From an uncultured virus (IMG/VR IMGVR_UViG_3300042878_001709) (lineage: Duplodnaviria; Heunggongvirae; Uroviricota; Caudoviricetes): DNA of 64,000 nucleotides. The DNA is taken from positions 1-64,000 of the IMG/VR virus record IMGVR_UViG_3300042878_001709, one strand, 5' to 3'. The notes under the pieces were generated by a model. It was not told where the DNA came from and did not search any database. It saw only the letters and a program-made list of their open reading frames with translations. Numbering within the stretch: the stretch's first letter is position 1; each line of letters opens with the position of its first letter. Made by a program: the position numbers and the translations under genes. Below, in pieces: positions 57,409 through 64,000 of the stretch.

Positions 57409-58659
57409 ATGAAAAAAAATTTACCGATAACTTTAAATGAAGAAATTAATAGGATAAAAAGACTTATGGAATTTACCATAAGTGAAAATTCACATGATGT
57501 TTTATCTGAACAAACTAAAGTATCTTCCGATGTATACGGTAAAGAATCAGGTAGTTATAATAGAACTGAATTACCTGGAATAGTAGGTAAATATACCCCA
57601 ACGTCAGGATTTTTAGTAATTAAAGATGGTAATCCTTGGTTGGCGGGACAAAGAGCAATTAGTTTATCTAAATTTCTAGCAGATAACGTAGAAAAACAGA
57701 CAGGTGTAAAATTTAATGAAAAGGAAGTTAAAATTTTAGAAACATCTGTATCAGAAAGTAAAGGTGCCGAATACCAATATGTAGAAGGTACTCTATACGC
57801 AATTTTAGAAAGTCCTCCAGAACCAGATGAAAAATATGCATTTGACTTACTTTATAATTTTTATGAAATAGGTGACATACCTCATATAGTGGTGACTAAA
57901 CCAGGTATGGGGTCACCTGTAAAAGTTGCAAATGATAAAAAAGATTCCTTTATACCTAATTTAGAAAAAACTGGTTCAGAGGCAATTAATGAGGGTGGAT
58001 TCGTAGTATTTCAGCAAGCTTCAGGACAAGAGGGTAACATTGGTATACTGGTTCCTATTCCTAAAACATATATTAATAGAATAGGAAGTAGATTATATTT
58101 TAAAGACGAAGAAAGTCTTAATAGTATGAGAACATTCATTGAAAAATATACAGACGGTAAAGATATATTTGGTAGGGATCCCGAATCTAGTTATCTAAGT
58201 TCTAACTGGACACAAACAAAAGGTGGTGGTGGAAACTACATATTCGGAAAAGAAAGTGGTGCAAATGCAATTATATCATCAGGTGATGATAAAAATAAAA
58301 AAACTATAATTAAAAGAACTTATTTTAAAGAAACTGGAAGGGGTGGTGCCCCTATTGTGGGAACAGGTAAAAAAGGAGAATGGGTTAAAATAGGTGACTT
58401 TAATTTAAGTAAGTCGGAAGGTGCATTTGCAGATAACATGATAAAAATCCAACAAGGATCATATCAAAAGGTATTTGATGAACTTAAAAAATCGATAGAG
58501 GAATATACTGAAAAAAATAAAGATTTAAGAATAACTGAAATATCTGCATCAGTTAAAGGATTTGCGTCAGCAGATAGATCAACGAATAGGACAAACATAG
58601 GGAAACCCGATCACGATTGGGGTGTCGGATTCCCTACAGATAAATGGATTACAAAATAA
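57409..58659 (+). CDS. leader-tagged hypothetical protein
   Basis: TLNEEINRIKRLME..ISE..LSE. Confidence 0.7.
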   Translation: MKKNLPITLNEEINRIKRLMEFTISENSHDVLSEQTKVSSDVYGKESGSYNRTELPGIVGKYTPTSGFLVIKDGNPWLAGQRAISLSKFLADNVEKQTGVKFNEKEVKILETSVSESKGAEYQYVEGTLYAILESPPEPDEKYAFDLLYNFYEIGDIPHIVVTKPGMGSPVKVANDKKDSFIPNLEKTGSEAINEGGFVVFQQASGQEGNIGILVPIPKTYINRIGSRLYFKDEESLNSMRTFIEKYTDGKDIFGRDPESSYLSSNWTQTKGGGGNYIFGKESGANAIISSGDDKNKKTIIKRTYFKETGRGGAPIVGTGKKGEWVKIGDFNLSKSEGAFADNMIKIQQGSYQKVFDELKKSIEEYTEKNKDLRITEISASVKGFASADRSTNRTNIGKPDHDWGVGFPTDKWITK

Positions 58660-59166
58660 TCACTGAAAACTTCTGAACTGGGCAACGAAGTATTGACACT
58701 TTTGTCCTTTGACATTAACCATTTGGTATGATCCCACCCCAATATATAGATTGGTTGGATCCAAAATGTTATTACTATGTGCTTCAGAGTGTTTCCATGA
58801 ACCAACAACACTTTTAGATAGTTTAGTATGGGTATCCCACAAATAGATACTTCTATATCTCATACAATTCTCCGCAAAGTTATAATATCTATGTTCACCC
58901 CAATAAGGTGTTCTTTTATCACTTGTATGACAGTAGATTTCATTTTCCGCCATCCATTTGGTGTGTCTGTTTGATAATCTCATAAGGGTGGTGTCCACAA
59001 TAAACTTCGGCAGATCGTGTTCAGCACGATACAAGTTCATCTCCTCAATCATCAGAAGATTCATTGTCTCCACATCAAAGAATGTTTCAGTAATGGTATC
59101 ATTACGATGAGTTTGTCCGAATACGGAGACACTGAATAATACAAAAAGGATAAGAATATTTTTCAT
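58660..59166 (-). CDS. secreted CAP/SCP-domain protein
   Basis: Signal peptide; NLYR..H.L, HT..MA, AEN, W.HS.AH..NIL, IGVG. Confidence 0.8.
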   Translation of the reverse strand: MKNILILFVLFSVSVFGQTHRNDTITETFFDVETMNLLMIEEMNLYRAEHDLPKFIVDTTLMRLSNRHTKWMAENEIYCHTSDKRTPYWGEHRYYNFAENCMRYRSIYLWDTHTKLSKSVVGSWKHSEAHSNNILDPTNLYIGVGSYQMVNVKGQKCQYFVAQFRSFQ

Positions 59167-59227
59167 TTATCTTTTAATTATTCTACGAATATAAGTAAAA
59201 TATTTTAAATAAACAAATAAAATTTAT

Positions 59228-61708
59228 TTATTCACTCTTAACTACAATATCTTCTTTAGATTTAATATAACTAACTTTTATAGTTTGACCCTTTTTAACT
59301 CTACCACTTAAAATTTCTTCTGAAACTGGATCTTCAATATACTTTTGTATAGCCCTATTCAGAGGTCTGGCACCATATTCTTTATCGTAACCTTGTTCTA
59401 CTAAATAATCTTTAGCGGTTTTATTAATTTGTAAGGTAAACCCTATTTCAGAAACCCTATCTACTAATTTATCAATTTCTAACTCAACAATTTTAGAGAT
59501 TTGTTCTTTGGTTAATGTTTTGAAAATAACTACGTCATCTAACCTATTTAAAAATTCTGGTGGAAATTGTTTTTTAAGTTCATCTAATAACATCCCATCC
59601 TTAATAGATTCTTCTCTTTCTATTTTTGATTTGGTGCCGAATCCGACACCAGTACCAAAATCAGACAATTTTTTAACACCTACATTAGATGTCATAATAA
59701 CCATACAATTTTTAAAATTTACTTTTCTACCTGAACTATCAGTTAACTGTCCATCATCTAATAATTGTAGAAGTGTATTGTAAATCTCTTTATTAGCCTT
59801 TTCTATCTCATCAAATAATACAATTGAATATGGTCGTCTCCTAACTTTTTCAGTTAATTGTCCACCTTCTTCGTGTCCTACATATCCTGGAGGTGATCCG
59901 ATAAGTCTAGATATTGAGTGTTTTTCTTGAAATTCTGACATATCAAGACGTATCAAAGAATCCTCATCCCCAAACATGTACTCTGCTAATTTCTTTGCGA
60001 TATGTGTTTTACCAACACCTGTTGGTCCTAAGAACATAAATGAACCTATTGGTTTCTTAGGGTTTCTTATACCTACTCTATTTCTTCTTAATGATTTAGC
60101 TATTTTTTCTAATGCGTCATCTTGTCCGATAATTTGTTTCATCATTTCTGATTCCATCTCTAACATTTTTCTACCTTGATCACCACTAAGTCTTTTTAAC
60201 GGGATACCTGTCATAATAGAAACAACTTCATTAACATCTTCAGGTGTAATTTTTTTACGATCCTTGTTGATAGTTTCTAACCACTTTTCTTTTTCATACT
60301 CTAATTTATCATTAACTTCTCTTTCTTCATCTCGTAATTTAGCAGCCTCCTCATATTTTTGTTTTTTAACTACATTACTTTTTCTTTCTTTAATTTCGTT
60401 AATTTTGTCTTCTAAATTATTTATAGTTTTAGGTGGTTTAGCGTTAACTTGTGTTCTAGACCCTACCTCATCTAAGATATCTATAGCCTTATCAGGAAAT
60501 TCTCTATCTGTAAGATATCTATCCGCCATTTTAACACACTGTTCGATAGTTTCTTGTGGGTAATATACTTTGTGATAGTTTTCATACGAAAATTTTATTT
60601 TATTTAAAATCTTAATAGTATCTTCTACTGAAGGAGGATTAATTAATACTTGTTGAAATCTTCTTGCCAATGCACCATCCTTTTCAATGTTTTCTCTAAA
60701 TTCATCTAATGTAGTTGCACCAATAACTTGAATATCACCTCTAGCGAGTGCAGGTTTTAATACATTCGCCGCATCCATTGATCCTGACGCATTACCCGCA
60801 CCTACAATCGTATGTAATTCATCAATGAATAAAATGACATTATCTACATTCATAAGTTCATCTACCACACCTTTAATCCTCTCTTCGAATTGCCCCCTAT
60901 ATTTAGTACCTGCAACTAATGAAGTAATATCTAAAGAAATAATCCTTTTATCTAATAATGTTCTAGGTGCATCACCTTGAATTATTTTTAACGCCAAACC
61001 CTCAACGATGGTAGTTTTACCAACTCCAGGATCACCAATTAAAACGGGATTATTTTTTTTCTTCCTCGCCAATATTTGGGCAACTCTTTGAATGGATTCA
61101 TCTCTACCGATTACTGGATCAATTTTACCTTCTGACGCTCTTTTGGTTACGTCAATAGAAAAATTATCTAATATCGGTGTTTCATTAGTCTTATTTGATT
61201 TTTTATTTAATTTTTTACTATCTCTAAATATATTTTCATCATCACTATCTATAGGATCGATACTATTTTGTATTAAATTTTTTTCCATATGTTTTTTAAC
61301 CATTGTATAATTAATCTTAAATCCCTTTAGAAAACTACCGACACTATTTCTCACTTTTAATGTTGATAATAACAAATGTTGGGTATCTAGGAAATCATCT
61401 CCCATATTATCACATTCGTTTTCCGATCCTTTTAATATTTTTTCTGCAGTAACTTCTAACGGTAATTCTTTATTTTTTGTTGAAATTTGTTCTTTTTTTT
61501 CTTTTAATAACGACATTTCTATTTTTTTATGGAGTATATCTACATCTACCCCTAAGTCAGTCAGTATTTTAATTGCATTATTATTATAATCATTTATTAA
61601 AGATATGACTATATGTTCAATCCTTATTTCTATATCACCATACATTTTGGCTTGTATAAGTGACATATTAATCACTTTTTTTACTTTAGGCAAGACTTTT
61701 TTCATCAT
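59228..61708 (-). CDS. clpC: ClpC-type AAA+ chaperone
   Basis: Clp-N repeats; GDPGVGKT and [11 protein letters not shown]-like [12 protein letters not shown] ClpP-docking loop; GARPL. Confidence 0.93.
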   Translation of the reverse strand: MMKKVLPKVKKVINMSLIQAKMYGDIEIRIEHIVISLINDYNNNAIKILTDLGVDVDILHKKIEMSLLKEKKEQISTKNKELPLEVTAEKILKGSENECDNMGDDFLDTQHLLLSTLKVRNSVGSFLKGFKINYTMVKKHMEKNLIQNSIDPIDSDDENIFRDSKKLNKKSNKTNETPILDNFSIDVTKRASEGKIDPVIGRDESIQRVAQILARKKKNNPVLIGDPGVGKTTIVEGLALKIIQGDAPRTLLDKRIISLDITSLVAGTKYRGQFEERIKGVVDELMNVDNVILFIDELHTIVGAGNASGSMDAANVLKPALARGDIQVIGATTLDEFRENIEKDGALARRFQQVLINPPSVEDTIKILNKIKFSYENYHKVYYPQETIEQCVKMADRYLTDREFPDKAIDILDEVGSRTQVNAKPPKTINNLEDKINEIKERKSNVVKKQKYEEAAKLRDEEREVNDKLEYEKEKWLETINKDRKKITPEDVNEVVSIMTGIPLKRLSGDQGRKMLEMESEMMKQIIGQDDALEKIAKSLRRNRVGIRNPKKPIGSFMFLGPTGVGKTHIAKKLAEYMFGDEDSLIRLDMSEFQEKHSISRLIGSPPGYVGHEEGGQLTEKVRRRPYSIVLFDEIEKANKEIYNTLLQLLDDGQLTDSSGRKVNFKNCMVIMTSNVGVKKLSDFGTGVGFGTKSKIEREESIKDGMLLDELKKQFPPEFLNRLDDVVIFKTLTKEQISKIVELEIDKLVDRVSEIGFTLQINKTAKDYLVEQGYDKEYGARPLNRAIQKYIEDPVSEEILSGRVKKGQTIKVSYIKSKEDIVVKSE

Positions 61709-61710
61709 TA

Positions 61711-61742
61711 TTTGTTTTTTCTTATAAATATCATTATCTTTG
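61711..61742. promoter_or_regulatory. overlapping divergent promoters
   Basis: Plus: TTTG 61711-61714, N20, TATCTTTG 61735-61742; minus: ATATTTAT upstream of clpC. Confidence 0.6.
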
Positions 61743-61764
61743 TATCAAATTTAATTATTATATA

Positions 61765-62688
61765 ATGGAAAGTCAATACAAATTATTTTTAGGTGACACA
61801 AAAGATGTGTTAAAACAAATGATAACCAAAGGAGAGAAGGTAGATATGATTTTTACATCTCCACCTTATTTCTCTATGAGAAAAAATTATAGTGGTAATG
61901 ATGATGGTGAGGTGGGTTCAGTACATGTCGATGAATATGCCGACTGGTTTTTAGAATTTACTGATTTGTTTTTAAAAGTTTTAAAACCCAACGGTAGTTT
62001 TTTCTTAAATATAAACGATAAAATTAGTGATGGTGTAGTTCATCCAGTTTTAGATGAGTTAAAATATAAGATGAGGAAACAAGGTTGGAATTTAGTGGCG
62101 AAACCTTATATATGGTTTAAAAAAAACGCAATGCCGACTAATTGTAAATATAGATCAATTGATAGGTATGAATACGTATTCCATTTCTCCAATTCAAATA
62201 AACCTAAATTTAGGGCAGATAATTGTAGGACTGAACATTCTGAGGTAACTAAAAAAAGATTTAAAAAACCTGTCACCACTATTAACTCTAGAGATGGTGT
62301 TTACGACTCTCAGATGAAAGAACTCAATGTAAATGGGTCATTACCTCACAATGTTGTGATAGCGGCAGCAGAATCCAATTCAAGTATCCTACATCCCGCA
62401 CCCTTTACTGTTGAGTTGGCAGAATGGTTTGTTAAAATAGGTAGTGATGAAAATGATACTATATTAGATCCCTTCGCAGGATCTTCTACAACAGGAATTG
62501 CATCATTAAAAAATAATCGGAAATATATCGGTATAGATTTAGTAGATTTTAATATCATATTCGGTAAAAAAAGAATGGATCATTTTTTAGAGACAGGTGA
62601 AACATATATATCTAAAAATTTATTAGAGGAAAAAGAAATAGATGTTAACTACTATAAAATAAAAGGTAGACATATTAACAACCCTTAA
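61765..62688 (+). CDS. N4-cytosine/N6-adenine DNA methyltransferase (beta class)
   Basis: TSPPY precedes HPAPF and DPFAGSSTTG; no adjacent restriction gene. Confidence 0.9.
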   Translation: MESQYKLFLGDTKDVLKQMITKGEKVDMIFTSPPYFSMRKNYSGNDDGEVGSVHVDEYADWFLEFTDLFLKVLKPNGSFFLNINDKISDGVVHPVLDELKYKMRKQGWNLVAKPYIWFKKNAMPTNCKYRSIDRYEYVFHFSNSNKPKFRADNCRTEHSEVTKKRFKKPVTTINSRDGVYDSQMKELNVNGSLPHNVVIAAAESNSSILHPAPFTVELAEWFVKIGSDENDTILDPFAGSSTTGIASLKNNRKYIGIDLVDFNIIFGKKRMDHFLETGETYISKNLLEEKEIDVNYYKIKGRHINNP

Positions 62689-62755
62689 AAACTTTACATG
62701 TTGTATTTTTTTTCTATATTTAATTGTTAAATAATGATTTTTTAAAATTTATGAG

Positions 62756-62980
62756 ATGATAGCATCAGCACCCAAATTTAGTAAGATAATTTTACTACTT
62801 AAAGACAGTGAAGGGAAACCTTCAAATAAAATAGAATATTTAGATTCTGCAATGATAATAACAGGTAATTATGTTATCATTACTGAAGAAGAAAGTTCTA
62901 ATGTAAATGATCCAGCAATTATAGACGGAAAAATATATGAAATGAAAGACATATATTCATATAGATTATTTAAAAATTAA
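62756..62980 (+). CDS. hypothetical protein
   Basis: 74 aa ORF. Confidence 0.55.
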   Translation: MIASAPKFSKIILLLKDSEGKPSNKIEYLDSAMIITGNYVIITEEESSNVNDPAIIDGKIYEMKDIYSYRLFKN

Positions 62981-62983
62981 ATT

Positions 62984-63280
62984 ATGGTATTATTAAAACA
63001 CGAAGAAGACGATTTTATTGAATGTCTGTACGATTCCTCTAATGTTTTGGGGTCAAAATTCTTAAAAAAAGAAAAAAAATTGGCGGTTATTTTTAAATCA
63101 GGAACCCAGTATGTCTATAACAATGTAACAAATGAGGATTACAAACAATTTGAGTCTAGTGATAGTCAAGGTAAATTACTTAATACAGTAATTAAAAAAT
63201 ATACTTTTGAGAAATCTAAAAATATTATAGACGTTACACCAATGTTAGAACAAATAAATGTTATTAAAAATAATATATGA
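62984..63280 (+). CDS. KTSC-domain protein
   Basis: SSNV...L.VIFKSG.QY.Y.NV...Y..F...SQGK..N..IK. Confidence 0.8.
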   Translation: MVLLKHEEDDFIECLYDSSNVLGSKFLKKEKKLAVIFKSGTQYVYNNVTNEDYKQFESSDSQGKLLNTVIKKYTFEKSKNIIDVTPMLEQINVIKNNI

Positions 63281-63397
63281 ACGATAAAGTTAAAAAAAGA
63301 CACTTGATTCAAGTGGACCTAAGTGGTTGTAAAAACATGAAGGAATGTATGAAGGTAATTGATGTGGTTACGTCAGGCAAAGTTAAAATTACAGTCA

Positions 63398-64000
63398 ATG
63401 AATAATTTAGATAAACAATACACAGACCTACTTCAAGATATCATAGATAACGGAGTAACCAAACAAGATAGAACAGGAACGGGTACACTATCTGTATTTG
63501 GTAGACAAATACGTCATAAGATGTCAGATGGATTTCCTTTACTGACAACAAAGAAAATGACATTCAAACTTATATCAACAGAGCTGATGTGGTTTCTACG
63601 TGGTGATACAAACATTAAGTTCCTTGTTGATAACGACTGTCATATTTGGGATGGTGATGCGTACCTTAATTGGAGAAATAAAGGTAGAGATTTTTGGGAA
63701 GAACAAGTGGATGGAATGTTTACAAATGAATTAGGTGAAGAAGAGGTAGATAAAATATCAAAAGAGTGGTTCATCAACAAAATCAAAACAGATGATGAGT
63801 TTGCAAAGAAGTGGGGTGATTTAGGTCCAATTTATGGTAAACAATGGAGAGCGTTTGGTGGTTATAATAAAGTTCCATCTGGATGGGATCATGGTTCAAT
63901 AACGTCTTTTAAAGATGTGTCAAAATGTGATCAACTTGAAAACCTAATCAATGATATTAAAACAAATCCAGATTCACGAAGATTAATGGTTACCGCATGG
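63398..64000 (+). CDS. thyA: thymidylate synthase, 5' part (runs off window)
   Basis: Read by hand: DRTGTGT, GFPLLTTKK, ELMWFLRG.TN, DLGPIYGKQWR, NPDSRRLMVTAW. Confidence 0.95.
   Translation, partial: MNNLDKQYTDLLQDIIDNGVTKQDRTGTGTLSVFGRQIRHKMSDGFPLLTTKKMTFKLISTELMWFLRGDTNIKFLVDNDCHIWDGDAYLNWRNKGRDFWEEQVDGMFTNELGEEEVDKISKEWFINKIKTDDEFAKKWGDLGPIYGKQWRAFGGYNKVPSGWDHGSITSFKDVSKCDQLENLINDIKTNPDSRRLMVTAW

Noticed and set aside
3722..62558. Short antisense or nested ORFs in the track (e.g. 3935-4156, 14408-14677, 31971-32219, 59508-61310, 62346-62558)
   Set aside because: They overlap well-supported genes and have no motifs; treated as shadow frames
61765..62688. Restriction-modification system
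   Set aside because: Neighbours are clpC and short ORFs; the methylase looks orphan
1..64000. Bacterial chromosome fragment
   Set aside because: Host-like genes are scattered among many tiny unknown ORFs, HNH genes and lysins, with no housekeeping operons; a large phage fits better, though no hallmark virion gene is in the window
1..64000. tRNA, rRNA or CRISPR array
   Set aside because: No cloverleaf, rRNA-like stretch or regularly spaced 25-45 bp repeat-spacer array seen; the 57-bp repeats are kilobases apart
1..64000. Stop-codon reassignment
   Set aside because: Conserved genes are intact in the standard code, and TAG and TGA end genes at sensible places (612, 7843, 34693)
63398..64000. 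Intron or intein in thyA
   Set aside because: The frame is open to the window edge; extra residues between IWD and DLGPIYG lie in a region known to vary in length

Overview
AT-rich, gene-dense fragment of a large (jumbo-type) tailed phage genome; no capsid, terminase or polymerase gene lies in this window, so the phage call is an inference from gene content. The host is most likely in Bacteroidota: TTTG-N18-20-TAnnTTTG promoters recur, and there is a T9SS-cargo-like protein. Recognisable genes: IMPDH/GMPR, thymidine kinase, ThyA (partial), acyl-CoA thioesterase, ECF sigma, GT2 plus a PlcP-like phosphoesterase, two HNH proteins, ClpC, an N4/N6 DNA methylase, KTSC and several peptidoglycan enzymes. 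Main signals: (1) about 30 unrelated proteins share a short basic N-terminal leader ending in (I/L/V)-x-E and mostly follow a strand-specific ATATTTAT motif, resembling capsid-targeting leaders cut by a prohead protease; one leader ends exactly before the putative catalytic Cys of an Ntn-hydrolase. (2) About 27 copies of a ~90-110 aa domain occur singly or chained through INES-type junctions; the three closest copies have near-identical frameworks but unrelated 66-78 nt inserts made almost only of C/T, suggesting an undescribed diversification process. (3) A PAS-PAS histidine kinase, a receiver protein and two membrane proteins sit between two cell-wall enzyme genes. (4) Several candidate structured RNAs and dispersed 57-bp repeats lie in and around the repeat-domain island. 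All family calls are by-eye motif recognition; no searches were run.
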